DNA from: a virus
Reading direction: 5' to 3' (one strand)
Virus genome (UHGV): UHGV-0361696
DNA: 45,633 nt
In this document: positions 19,359-28,577 of the stretch, piece after piece
How positions within the stretch are numbered: the stretch's first letter is position 1
How the letters are laid out: each line of letters starts with the position of its first letter
Program-made: the position numbers and the translations under genes
Notes under the pieces: generated by a model
Seen by the model: only the letters and a program-made list of their open reading frames with translations
Database searches by the model: none
What the model was told of the DNA's origin: nothing

Positions 19359-19862
19359 TCAGAATGGGATATCATCATCAAAATCCATCGGCGGTTCGTT
19401 TGACGGTTGTTTTGACGTGTTTGATGGTTGCTGAGGTTTACCCCATCCTGATTGCTGATTACTTCCTGACTTTTGCCGCTGCTGTGACTGTTGGTTTCCA
19501 TTATCACTTGATTTACCACCAATCATTTGCATAACGCCGTTCATAGGCTGCAAGACGATTTCAGTAGTGTATTTTTCAACACCGCTTTGATCTGTCCATT
19601 TGCGAGTACGTAATTTTCCTTCTACATACACCTGAGAGCCTTTGCGCAGGTATTCGCCAGCCACCTCTGCCAGCTTTCCGAAGATAACCACGCGATGCCA
19701 TTCTGTCTGCTCTTTCTTTTCCCCTGTTGATTTATCGTTCCACTGCTCTGATGTTGCCAGAGACAGATTGCACACAGCGCCGCCAGAAGGCATATATTTA
19801 ACTTCCGGGTCTTGTCCGAGAGTGCCCAAAATGATTACTTTGTTGATTCCTCGAGATGCCAT
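19359..19862 (-). CDS. ssb: single-stranded DNA-binding protein
   Basis: [13 protein letters not shown]...TEWHRVV...RTRKWTD... plus the acidic tail [11 protein letters not shown]. Very close to E. coli SSB. Confidence 0.9.
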   Translation of the reverse strand: MASRGINKVIILGTLGQDPEVKYMPSGGAVCNLSLATSEQWNDKSTGEKKEQTEWHRVVIFGKLAEVAGEYLRKGSQVYVEGKLRTRKWTDQSGVEKYTTEIVLQPMNGVMQMIGGKSSDNGNQQSQQRQKSGSNQQSGWGKPQQPSNTSKQPSNEPPMDFDDDIPF

Positions 19863-19871
19863 AATTTACCC

Positions 19872-20912
19872 TTAAAAGTTTTCGATGTTCTGTTGAGATG
19901 TTGATGGCTTCTCTTCGTTTGCAGATGACGTAGGCGCATCTGCTTTCTGGAGTTTTGCCGGGTTGAAATCGTCCTGCGGTGTGATAGTTACCGCTGCTGG
20001 CGATTCATCATTAATGAATGACTCAATGCGCTCATACTCTTCTGCTGATGCCTTCAATGTAGGCCAGATTGCGCGAATTTTTGCTTTCACTGAATCAGGC
20101 AAGTTAACTGCCTCGGCAGTTAGCGCAGCAACTCCTTTTGACGCCGTCATTTGAAGTTTAGAGCGCCAGTGCTCAAACTCTTCGTCGACCTTGACACCTG
20201 AATCCACCCATTTAATTAAACCTCGCCCATGAGCTTCGCCTAAGTATCCTTCGTGTACACTATCACGGCCTGAATCAAAGAAAATTGGGCGCAATTCTTC
20301 TGGTAGCTTGGTAAATTCCTGAATTTTTCCATTATCATACATCATCATGCTTACTGTCATTTCAAACATAAAATCTTTTTCGCATACAGCATGCAATCCG
20401 AGGGATTCAGGTTTCTTGGGGTTTTTAAAGCTCGTTTTCTCTCTGGCGCGTAAACATACAATGATATGCATATTGCTCTGCAAAAGAGCGCTCATGAATT
20501 TTTTATGTTCAGACTTAGCTCGCTTCCAGTCTGCCATTGCCTTACCCTGCAATAGTGGTTGCTCTGCAATATCATTGCATCCTCCTTCACCTTCCCATTC
20601 GTGCGATCCTGAATCAATAACCAGAACCTTAACGCCTGCCTCCTGAAATTCCTCGATAGCCTGGCGGTAACGAGCTGGACTAAATGGCGCATACAAATCA
20701 GCGTGCATAAATGGACCGTCAAGCTCTCCAGAATAAAGCCTGCCTCGACCATTTTCAGAGTCAAGAAATCCAATTTCTTCTGGTTTATTAACCATACCTC
20801 GCGCCATCTTTAGTGCCGTAAGTGTCTTTCCGCTACCAGACTGCCCTGAAATGCCAATCACTACGCGAGAACCTGAGCGCTCTGCTGGCTTAATGTTTAA
20901 AATACCCATCAC
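19872..20912 (-). CDS. RecA-like/AAA ATPase (Sak4-like recombination ATPase candidate)
   Basis: Walker A GISGQSGSGKT near the N-terminus. Sits between the ssb and exonuclease genes. Confidence 0.5.
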   Translation of the reverse strand: MMGILNIKPAERSGSRVVIGISGQSGSGKTLTALKMARGMVNKPEEIGFLDSENGRGRLYSGELDGPFMHADLYAPFSPARYRQAIEEFQEAGVKVLVIDSGSHEWEGEGGCNDIAEQPLLQGKAMADWKRAKSEHKKFMSALLQSNMHIIVCLRAREKTSFKNPKKPESLGLHAVCEKDFMFEMTVSMMMYDNGKIQEFTKLPEELRPIFFDSGRDSVHEGYLGEAHGRGLIKWVDSGVKVDEEFEHWRSKLQMTASKGVAALTAEAVNLPDSVKAKIRAIWPTLKASAEEYERIESFINDESPAAVTITPQDDFNPAKLQKADAPTSSANEEKPSTSQQNIENF

Positions 20913-20932
20913 TTCACCTCATTTACTATAAA

Positions 20933-21892
20933 TTACAGGTTAAATTGCTTTTTGAACCATTCTGGCGTTTCCATTTCGATGACCGGATTACCCATTGAGT
21001 AACCTGGCCATGAATTGGCTTTTTTGCATGCCTTATAGATTTCCATCGCGCTGCGCAGCTGAATACGACCAATTAGTAACTGCTCATCCGTCAGGCGAAT
21101 CAGCGCAGGGATGAATGGCGATTTCTTCTCCTGCACCAGGAGGTTTACAGATCGAGGTGCATGCCCATAAGCCTCGACAAACATGTCGTGCTGCATTGCC
21201 ATCTTCATAAAGTACCCGAGCCTCGCTGCATGGCGGAAAAACTCATCAGGCTTGGCGCTCACCGCTGTTTTGTAGTCGATGATGTCGCCACCGCGAGTAA
21301 GGCAGTCAAATCGCACCTTTGATGGTTCGCCAAGCAAATCACCGAGAATTGACACCTCGGAATAAGCACCAGAAAGAAGGCTGCTGTAATAGCTGTTTGC
21401 ATGGATTACGGCGCGCATCTGCATGATGGCGTCATAGTCATCACCTTCCAGCATTGATTTACCAGTAGCGGCCTTCTCTGCTTCTTCACGTATAACATCG
21501 TAAATCTGCGCTGTATCGCCAGTGGCCTGAATAATTTTAATCACTTCGGCTTTAGTCTTACCTGAAAGCCCTTTAATGCCGCGCTCTTTCGCCCATGAGT
21601 TCATGTCGGAAGCTGTCACCAGCACCGTGCGATTGCCATCTTTGTCTTTTGGAAAATCTTCGACAACTGGCATGCGGGCATATTCTGCTTCAAAGCGCTC
21701 AGGCTCAAGCAGAGCGGTATGGCTACCAGTACCAAATATCATAGCCTTTGACTGCTCATCTTCTTCGTCTTTATAGCGCCATGCTGCCGGGCAGCGGTCT
21801 AATATATTCCAGAGACCAGACCCATTAATATGCTCTGTATCAGCATGATATTCCTGATTGCTTAATTCGTTATTTAAATAAACTTTCATCAT
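20933..21892 (-). CDS. PD-(D/E)XK family exonuclease (Cas4/RecB-like)
   Basis: GDIIDYKT...motif of PD-(D/E)XK nucleases. Start chosen at MMKVY with a GGAGAGTG RBS. Confidence 0.55.
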   Translation of the reverse strand: MMKVYLNNELSNQEYHADTEHINGSGLWNILDRCPAAWRYKDEEDEQSKAMIFGTGSHTALLEPERFEAEYARMPVVEDFPKDKDGNRTVLVTASDMNSWAKERGIKGLSGKTKAEVIKIIQATGDTAQIYDVIREEAEKAATGKSMLEGDDYDAIMQMRAVIHANSYYSSLLSGAYSEVSILGDLLGEPSKVRFDCLTRGGDIIDYKTAVSAKPDEFFRHAARLGYFMKMAMQHDMFVEAYGHAPRSVNLLVQEKKSPFIPALIRLTDEQLLIGRIQLRSAMEIYKACKKANSWPGYSMGNPVIEMETPEWFKKQFNL

Positions 21893-22518
21893 CACTCTCC
21901 GTGGTTGCAAAAATTTTTGTGCATTTTTTCTCTAAAATTCATAACAGCAACCTTTGCTTTCTCAATATCATGGAACAACCCAATGCTGTATCTTCTACCG
22001 CTTACATCGCAGTATGCCTGCCATTTCTTGCATTGCTTATGCCAGTAAACGCCTTTAACTCCAGATGTATTGTTTTTTGGCTTTTTCGCGTTGTACTGGT
22101 TCTGCATGTTTGTTGCAATTCTTAAGTTACTAATCCGGTTGTCATCACGAACACCATTGATATGATCGATCTGGTGTTCAGGCCAGAAACCGTAATGCAT
22201 GAGCCATGCAAGACGATGCGCATAATATCTCGTATTGTTTATGCTTATTTCTATATATCCGTTATGCTTTTTCCTTCCAGCTACACTTCCTTTCTTGACT
22301 CCTCCACCAGTCTTATTTCTGAAGAAAAGTCCTGTTTCATGGTTGTAAGTTAAGTTATGCAAAACGACATCAAGAGGTATTCTTTTTGTTTTTCCTGTGG
22401 TTTTTGACTCTACATCTCCCAGAGCAGAATTTTGCTTTTGCAGTTCCGATGAACTCATTTCCGCAAACCTCGCATTTCTTAACGGTGATAGCCATTTCTT
22501 ACTCTCTATTGTAATCAT
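21892..22518 (-). CDS. HNH homing endonuclease with AP2 DNA-binding domain (paralogue 1 of 3)
   Basis: HRLAWLMHYGFWPEHQIDHINGVRDDNRISNLR (HNH_3 motif) plus NTSGVKGVYWHKQCKKWQA (AP2). AT-rich. The start is ambiguous, either 22518 or 22458. Confidence 0.8.
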   Translation of the reverse strand: MITIESKKWLSPLRNARFAEMSSSELQKQNSALGDVESKTTGKTKRIPLDVVLHNLTYNHETGLFFRNKTGGGVKKGSVAGRKKHNGYIEISINNTRYYAHRLAWLMHYGFWPEHQIDHINGVRDDNRISNLRIATNMQNQYNAKKPKNNTSGVKGVYWHKQCKKWQAYCDVSGRRYSIGLFHDIEKAKVAVMNFREKMHKNFCNHGE

Positions 22519-22563
22519 TCAGCGTTACATTGCAAGTAACTTTTACCTGTTACTAACAATGCA

Positions 22564-22989
22564 TCAATCCACATCCAAAGGCAAGCCAAAGTAGAAAAGA
22601 GTCGCTCTTTTTATCTCCTCAAGACCATAAGCAATGGCGCCAAAGTGACCATCTGCAATGGCGCACTCAAGAACCTCAATCTGCGATGGTGATACTTTTG
22701 ATTTTGTCTTATCACGCCTCTTCAGCTCAATCAGGCCGCATTTATGATTAATGCCGTGAGTTAGTATCACATTGTCGCTTACTCCGCTCCTGACGCCCAT
22801 TTTGCGGCGTTTCTCGACGAATTGAGGGCCGCTCTTTGTTCCAGTTTCGTTAGGCACATGAAACCACAGGACTTCAGGAAATCTGTATTGCATCCACATA
22901 CCATAGGCCATCTGGTCAGATTCCTCCCTTGGACACTCCCCGCGATAACCGCTATCAAATACCCATATTCCACTATCAAGCTGCTTCAA
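22564..22989 (-). CDS. VRR-NUC domain nuclease
   Basis: 141 aa with VRR-NUC-like HVPNE...G...ELK...K motifs. Adjacent to the helicase, as in T1/T5-like phages. Confidence 0.55.
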   Translation of the reverse strand: MKQLDSGIWVFDSGYRGECPREESDQMAYGMWMQYRFPEVLWFHVPNETGTKSGPQFVEKRRKMGVRSGVSDNVILTHGINHKCGLIELKRRDKTKSKVSPSQIEVLECAIADGHFGAIAYGLEEIKRATLFYFGLPLDVD

Positions 22990-24934
22990 TTTGTTCTCCT
23001 ATGAAATCCTTGCGGTGGATGATATCTCGGCCTTTATCGTTAAAACGATGCGTAATGCGTTTAGGCGCGCGGATTAAACCGGCGTAATGCATGAAAGTCT
23101 TCGCATCATGACAGTCCATCATTTTCTTCAGCATGGACTTATCTTCAAGATGAGGAAGCAGAGCCTTCATTTTAAACATATCGCGCAGATGCTTTGGCTT
23201 GCCTCCGAACGGATAAAACACCTCATTTGCCCAGCCGGTCTTGCCATCAGCTTTTACCACCAGGTAACGATAAAGAACCCCCTCAGCGTCTTTGGTCAAC
23301 TCGACTTTAAAATCTTGTACATCTGTCCATTCTTTATCGGTATAAGCACGCTCATTAAGCGCCGCATTAGGGTCGCGCAAAACGTGATCGCATTGACGGC
23401 AATAACGAGCTGTCGGATCGTTCTTTGTTCCACATCCATCATCAAAAATGCGGATGCCGTGCTTGTCGAAACCACAGCGAATGAAGCTGAAAAACTCTTC
23501 GCATCGTCCATCTGGAGACGTTGAGTCTTTACCGATGCAGCGCCGTGCATATGGGCTGTTCATCGTCTGGCATTTAGGGCATGGAACTTGCTCTCCGCTG
23601 CGTTTGGCGCGCTGTGCTTCTGCTTCCTCAAGAATAGGGTCTTCGTACAGACCGCCAAGCTCAAACATGGTTCCGGTGAAGTCAAGGCAAAGATGGTTTT
23701 CTTTCACCAGACCTGCGGCAATCTGGTCTGGCTTCAATAATCGCATTGGTCGGCCAAGTAACTGCGTCAGAAGAGTCAGGGACATGATTTTTCTCAGGAT
23801 GACAGACGTGTCCCAATATGGGATGTTGACGCCAGTCGTCAGGCAACCGATTTGCAGCGTGTATTTTTTGCGCCCGGTTGCCGCATCTTTCAGAGCTTTC
23901 CGTCTGGCTTTCTGCCCCATATCCTCGGTAACAATGGAATAACTGCCTTCTGGTAAATATTTTGCAGCCTCCTTGCAATGTTTTTTACCTGCGCAGGTAA
24001 TGAGTACACCAAGTCTGTCGCGCGTAAGCTCCATGACTTTGAGCATTATTTTTTGCGTCAATGTACCCTGCTTGAGGATTTCTTCCTGCATCTCTTTTAG
24101 CTGGCTATCAGTGAAGTCCTGCACTCCGTCAACGTCACTACTGGCAAACTCATGCAGATCGTATTGCAAGTCCTCGATATCCTGCCCGCCAAAGATGGTA
24201 GGGACAAGAAACCCAAGATCGACAAGGTATTTAGTGCTGATGTTGACGATTTCATGTTTCCAGTAAGCCCCTTTTATCGACTCAACGCCGCGAAATGGGC
24301 TGCCGGTGTAGCCAATGACAATCACCTCATGCCCGTACTTGGATTTGCAGCGCCGGTTAAGTTCATTCATGATGACACCGTACTGCGTCTCTGGCTGATC
24401 TGATATTATGTCCTGCCAGTTAACCTGGTGACATTCATCGACAAGGATGTAGCGAGGGGTAAAGTCCGAAAGCAAAGATTTTGTCACTGTGCCATCGTCT
24501 GCCGTCTTATCAAAAAGACCATTTATTATTGTGCCCTCTGTTCCCGCGATAAGCGGATAGGCATAAGCCTTACGCCCAAGTGAAGCGCTAAACAAAGAGT
24601 TTTTTACGCTCAGGTTCCAAAGCTCCTCAGCATCCTGCTCAATAATTTCGCCTTGTCTTGCGATGACAAGCCCCTCCCACCCCATATCCTGAAACCGACG
24701 GGCAATCATGGCTATCATGATGGTCTTACCGGCGCCAACTGATGCGGTAACATAACTTGGTTTAGGTTCTCTACCAAACTTGCGGATAACCTCCGCTGTC
24801 TTTTCATACACTAGCCACTGATATGGGCGAGGTTCAATTTCCCCGGTATGGATGCTGGCACGCAGCTTATCCATATCCAGCTCAGCAATCATTGCATCAA
24901 TTTTTTGCACTTCATCCACCTTTGTGTTGCTCAA
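22976..24934 (-). CDS. SF2 (DEAD/DEAH-like) DNA helicase with C-terminal zinc ribbons, TTG start
   Basis: Motif I SVGAGKT and motif II VDECHQV. C-terminal CPKC...C and CRQC clusters. The start codon is TTG at 24934-24932. Confidence 0.7.
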   Translation of the reverse strand: MSNTKVDEVQKIDAMIAELDMDKLRASIHTGEIEPRPYQWLVYEKTAEVIRKFGREPKPSYVTASVGAGKTIMIAMIARRFQDMGWEGLVIARQGEIIEQDAEELWNLSVKNSLFSASLGRKAYAYPLIAGTEGTIINGLFDKTADDGTVTKSLLSDFTPRYILVDECHQVNWQDIISDQPETQYGVIMNELNRRCKSKYGHEVIVIGYTGSPFRGVESIKGAYWKHEIVNISTKYLVDLGFLVPTIFGGQDIEDLQYDLHEFASSDVDGVQDFTDSQLKEMQEEILKQGTLTQKIMLKVMELTRDRLGVLITCAGKKHCKEAAKYLPEGSYSIVTEDMGQKARRKALKDAATGRKKYTLQIGCLTTGVNIPYWDTSVILRKIMSLTLLTQLLGRPMRLLKPDQIAAGLVKENHLCLDFTGTMFELGGLYEDPILEEAEAQRAKRSGEQVPCPKCQTMNSPYARRCIGKDSTSPDGRCEEFFSFIRCGFDKHGIRIFDDGCGTKNDPTARYCRQCDHVLRDPNAALNERAYTDKEWTDVQDFKVELTKDAEGVLYRYLVVKADGKTGWANEVFYPFGGKPKHLRDMFKMKALLPHLEDKSMLKKMMDCHDAKTFMHYAGLIRAPKRITHRFNDKGRDIIHRKDFIGEQIEAA

Positions 24935-24984
24935 TCTACGTCACAATAGTAGACTGAATCTACGGCAATAATCAAGGTTAAATT

Positions 24985-25878
24985 ATGCGATACGACTGGA
25001 AGGATATAGAGCCTTTAATGATAGGGAATTGGGAGGCTGCACTACTGTCAATAGTCAACATAGACAGGAAGATTTTTTCTGGAAAACATCAGCCATGCCC
25101 TCATTGCATGGGGGTTGACCGGTTTCGTTGGGATAATCACTTCGAAACAAAAGGCGATGGCGGAGCAATCTGCAATCAGTGCGGTTCCGGCAGCGGAATC
25201 ACCTGGCTAATGAAGCTGTCAGGAATGACGTTTCCAGAGTCAATGGAGGCACTGGCCGGATTTCTTAACATGCACCCGCGCGAAAAACTTGAGGCGATTA
25301 GAAAGCAGCTCCCGAAGGTCAACCATGCTTCTGACTACCTGACAGAGGCAGAAGTGGCGGCAATCATGGAAAAAGCAGGAGGCGACACCATAACCGGCAA
25401 AACCGGTGAACTGGTGGCGATACCGCTCTATATGGCTGGAACCATGACGCCATGCAATGTGGCATTCATTGCTGACGATGAAAGTGTGTCATTTCGCGCT
25501 GGCTTTAGCCATGAGTACACTCGCGGAAGACTTACGCGCGGCGCAGTGACACCCATCGGCGATAAGACTGAATGGACATATCTGGTTGCGGATTACTTCG
25601 ATGCCTGGCGAGCACACCGGCTTACTGGTGCTCATGTCTGGTGTTGCTGGTCGCCGGAAAATATGTGGGAAGTTGTGCGCAATGTGAGCGATGCACATCG
25701 AAATAAACTGCGCTGCATCATTAATAATAATTTCTATGAGGTATGCGCCGCCGAGAACGCAGCTCTTCCGATACTGATTACTGATGATGGTCAGGATATC
25801 CGTTACAGCGGAGCCATCAGAAAAAGGCTGTATAAACCAGAAGAGCTATTTGAAGCACTAAAAAATAAACCCTCCTGA
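24985..25878 (+). CDS. primase-like protein with P4/T7-type zinc ribbon
   Basis: CPHCMGVDRFRWD...GGAICNQCG matches the primase zinc-ribbon pattern. Encoded on the plus strand inside the minus-strand replication block. Confidence 0.5.
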   Translation: MRYDWKDIEPLMIGNWEAALLSIVNIDRKIFSGKHQPCPHCMGVDRFRWDNHFETKGDGGAICNQCGSGSGITWLMKLSGMTFPESMEALAGFLNMHPREKLEAIRKQLPKVNHASDYLTEAEVAAIMEKAGGDTITGKTGELVAIPLYMAGTMTPCNVAFIADDESVSFRAGFSHEYTRGRLTRGAVTPIGDKTEWTYLVADYFDAWRAHRLTGAHVWCCWSPENMWEVVRNVSDAHRNKLRCIINNNFYEVCAAENAALPILITDDGQDIRYSGAIRKRLYKPEELFEALKNKPS

Positions 25879-25892
25879 TGGAGGGTTTTTTA
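25870..25892. terminator. bidirectional terminator
   Basis: CCCTCCTGATGGAGGG hairpin with T-runs on both strands. Confidence 0.6.
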
Positions 25893-25942
25893 TTACTCAA
25901 TATTGCGTTTTTTGACGACGGCAGTAACGCGAGTGTTGAAAT

Positions 25943-27598
25943 TCATTTCAGACCTCTCATAAATTTCATCCTGTTAACGGCGGCTGAAAGTATGTTTCTC
26001 ACCGAGGCATTCATTCGCAGTCCAGACCATGAACCCTCGTCCCTGAATACGATTTTTGACCCGCCATTAATGGCTGACGCCTCAATGTCGATGGGTGAGT
26101 GTCGGTTTTCTGTAATGGAAACCAGAACCTCAGAAATGAATCTATCCGGTGTCACCTGTAGATGATTTGAGTTTGCCGCCTTGATGATTGTCTCGATTCG
26201 ACCACGGCACAATCCGCTTTTCAGTACGGAAGTATAAGGCTTGTTAATGAATTTTTTACCAGCCATCACCTTTCTCATTTTGGCTATGATGTTTTCCCAC
26301 TCATCTTCTTCAAGACCGCTGAATGCAACATCACCTTCTATATAATCACGAAGTGATCGCAGGTGGTTAATCACTGTCATATAAGCCCATTCAAGATGCC
26401 GATCGCACAAAACTGGCGTCATTCCATTGCGACTAGAAAGGTCTGCAAATGCGCATATCGAGGCAAGGTCTACAATCATCTGCCCGGCACGTGGGACAAC
26501 ATCTCCAATTACACCATCCACATTTCCAAGACACTTCTCAAGGTGGCACGTAAGCTCATAACGCCTGTCGTTTACCTTTTCGCTTTCAAATTCAACACGT
26601 GTTATTGAGCGCAGGATTCTTTGCTTCCATTCATTTACTATCCTCCTGTTTACCTCACCTGTCGGCTGTTCTCTTTTGAGCAATGGCATTTCCTCATCAT
26701 CGCCATGACCAAGAATGAACAACGTCCTGCCCATGCCGCCATCCTTCTGCCATGACCTGACTGCATCAATACCCTGAACCGGAGTTACAGTGATGAGAGG
26801 AATAAATCGCGCGTTCTCAATGCCTCCATCACGCGTGCATAATTCATGCTCCGCCATCACTTTTTTCAGGTTTCTGCCGACACTGTGATCCATCTGAGCC
26901 AGTCTTTTATAATCAATCATCCCGTCCTGCGCACCGCCAATACGCGGAACAATCCAGCCTTCCGCCATAGCAACACTAACTATCGTCTTGGGGTTCATGG
27001 CTTTAGCCATATTCTCCTCAATATCCCTGATTATTGTCCTGGTTGGAACCCACCCACCTTCATCAGTCAAACTGCGATACCACGGCGCAGTTCCGCCAAG
27101 ATATGCGCTTCTCGGGTCATTCCATGAGTCAATATGCTGTTTGTCATCGTTTACGACGTAAAGCAGAGAGCCATCACCTTCAATCATGCTAGTCTGTATC
27201 TGCTTTAATGATGTAGCAGTAGTGGTGCAAAGGCGGTCGCTTATCATCAGGGCTTCGGCATATTGCTTTATAAAATTAACTGGCGCCTGCTTGCCAGCTC
27301 CAGAACGTGCCACGAGGAAAATTCCAGTTGAGCACTTACTTCCTGTTGGGCCGATAATAAATCTACCCGCCATTATCTGAGCAAGACCAAGCGCGCCAAC
27401 AAGTCGATATTTTTCGCCATCATCACGGCGCTCGAAATTTTTCTCTATCTCCTCGATGAACTCCCCAAGTGAACCGGGTGGGATCTTGTATTTATCCCTG
27501 AACTCAGGAATGTCAGCCTCATCGAGAGGGTCTATTGATGAATCCGCTTTCCCGACGGATTTTTTCATGGCGATAATTTCGTATGTATTCATCAGCAA
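25943..27598 (-). CDS. large early protein (551 aa) with degenerate P-loop, putative replication protein
   Basis: ARSGAGKQ is a Walker-A-like segment. No confident family assignment. Confidence 0.4.
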   Translation of the reverse strand: MLMNTYEIIAMKKSVGKADSSIDPLDEADIPEFRDKYKIPPGSLGEFIEEIEKNFERRDDGEKYRLVGALGLAQIMAGRFIIGPTGSKCSTGIFLVARSGAGKQAPVNFIKQYAEALMISDRLCTTTATSLKQIQTSMIEGDGSLLYVVNDDKQHIDSWNDPRSAYLGGTAPWYRSLTDEGGWVPTRTIIRDIEENMAKAMNPKTIVSVAMAEGWIVPRIGGAQDGMIDYKRLAQMDHSVGRNLKKVMAEHELCTRDGGIENARFIPLITVTPVQGIDAVRSWQKDGGMGRTLFILGHGDDEEMPLLKREQPTGEVNRRIVNEWKQRILRSITRVEFESEKVNDRRYELTCHLEKCLGNVDGVIGDVVPRAGQMIVDLASICAFADLSSRNGMTPVLCDRHLEWAYMTVINHLRSLRDYIEGDVAFSGLEEDEWENIIAKMRKVMAGKKFINKPYTSVLKSGLCRGRIETIIKAANSNHLQVTPDRFISEVLVSITENRHSPIDIEASAINGGSKIVFRDEGSWSGLRMNASVRNILSAAVNRMKFMRGLK

Positions 27599-27930
27599 AC
27601 CTTCCAGATGTACAGGAATTTACCCATCGGGCCGTTTTTGGTCTTAATGTTCATGTTATGCGCAATGGCAATCTTTGCAGCATAAGAGCGGAACATGTTT
27701 CTGTTCATTCGGTACTCTGGCGGGATATCAGATAAGCTGCATTCCTCTTTGTAGCCCCTGACTACTGAATCTGATATATCATTTTCGAAATGGACGGATA
27801 TCACCTCCCCGCTATTCATGGTGGCAAGGTGGTCATAAACGAACTTCATCTTTGAACCTTCTGCGTGCATCACTTCCTCCTTCTTGCGTTGTGCAAATTG
27901 TACTGAACAATCTGCACTCGCGCAAACCAT
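27592..27930 (-). CDS. hypothetical protein (start uncertain)
   Basis: ORF-track ORF. Several in-frame ATGs. Confidence 0.35.
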   Translation of the reverse strand: MVCASADCSVQFAQRKKEEVMHAEGSKMKFVYDHLATMNSGEVISVHFENDISDSVVRGYKEECSLSDIPPEYRMNRNMFRSYAAKIAIAHNMNIKTKNGPMGKFLYIWKVC

Positions 27931-27984
27931 TTAATCAACATAAACACCCAGCATCGACGTAATATGTGCAATGGCCAATTTTTA

Positions 27985-28256
27985 ACCAGTTCCCAAGAGT
28001 TCCCGCGCATTTGGGAACTCGCAGGCCGCTCGCACCAAGGCTTGCAGAGGAGTTCCCGAGTTCCCGGGGAATTCCTCTAGTAAAAAAGTAATATATACCT
28101 TTAATAGATGTTGTTGTTTTTATTAGTAAAAATGGAGTTTCTAATTTTTTGGAAAATTCATTTCTAAGGAAAAAGCTGGGAACTCGGGAACTCGTTGATA
28201 TATAACAATAAATTCCGGGAACTCGTCCGGGAACAGTTGGGAATTATGGGAACACT
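27985..28256. repeat. iteron-like array: about 10 copies of GGGAACTCG (and its inverse CGAGTTCCC) arranged symmetrically around a roughly 100-bp AT-rich core. Candidate origin or operator region.
   Basis: Left arm has CGAGTTCCC at 27997, 28050, 28058 and GGGAACTCG at 28013. Right arm has GGGAACTCG at 28178, 28186, 28218 and GGGAAC at 28229, 28248. Core 28081-28170 is over 75% AT. Confidence 0.55.
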
Positions 28257-28295
28257 GAATGAATATACAGTGTTATATTTATTTTCACCATCATA

Positions 28296-28324
28296 TTGAC
28301 GTAGATTGAGCGCCATCGTATAGT
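28296..28324 (+). promoter_or_regulatory. sigma70-like promoter TTGACG-17-TATAGT for the early plus-strand cluster
   Basis: TTGACGTAGATTGAGCGCCATCGTATAGT, 30 nt upstream of the 28356 ATG. Confidence 0.55.
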
Positions 28325-28355
28325 TACCACACCAACAACAAAGAGGTGATGAAGA

Positions 28356-28577
28356 ATGAAAAAAGGACAAATTGTTACAGCAACAAAAGTAAGCATTGGG
28401 TCGGATAGTTATCTTACAGAGGGTAAGTCTTATGAGATCGTTTCTGGTATTGGAGATGAATGCCAGTACGGAAAAATAAAAACAGAATTTGGATTCGAAA
28501 TAGTAAATGATATGGGTACGAAAAGCTTCTGCCTGTACCCAGAATGCCTTCACGCTAAATGGAGTATCTCAGAATGA
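28356..28577 (+). CDS. hypothetical early protein (73 aa)
   Basis: RBS AAGAGGTGATGAAGAATG. Confidence 0.5.
   Translation: MKKGQIVTATKVSIGSDSYLTEGKSYEIVSGIGDECQYGKIKTEFGFEIVNDMGTKSFCLYPECLHAKWSISE

Noticed and set aside
23087-24403. Plus-strand ORFs (23087-23524, 23448-23942, 23973-24266, 24152-24403) opposite the helicase gene
   Set aside because: They are fully embedded antisense to a well-supported SF2 helicase ORF and are low-complexity (Ser/Arg-rich). Spurious.
28066-28075. GGAATTCC palindrome (EcoRI-like) in the origin-like region
   Set aside because: It is simply the centre of the left iteron arm's dyad. No reason to treat it as a separate functional site.
27985-28256. Possibility that the GGGAACTCG repeats are a CRISPR array
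   Set aside because: Repeat units are only 9 bp, irregularly spaced, in both orientations, and lack unique spacers. This is consistent with iterons or operators, not CRISPR.
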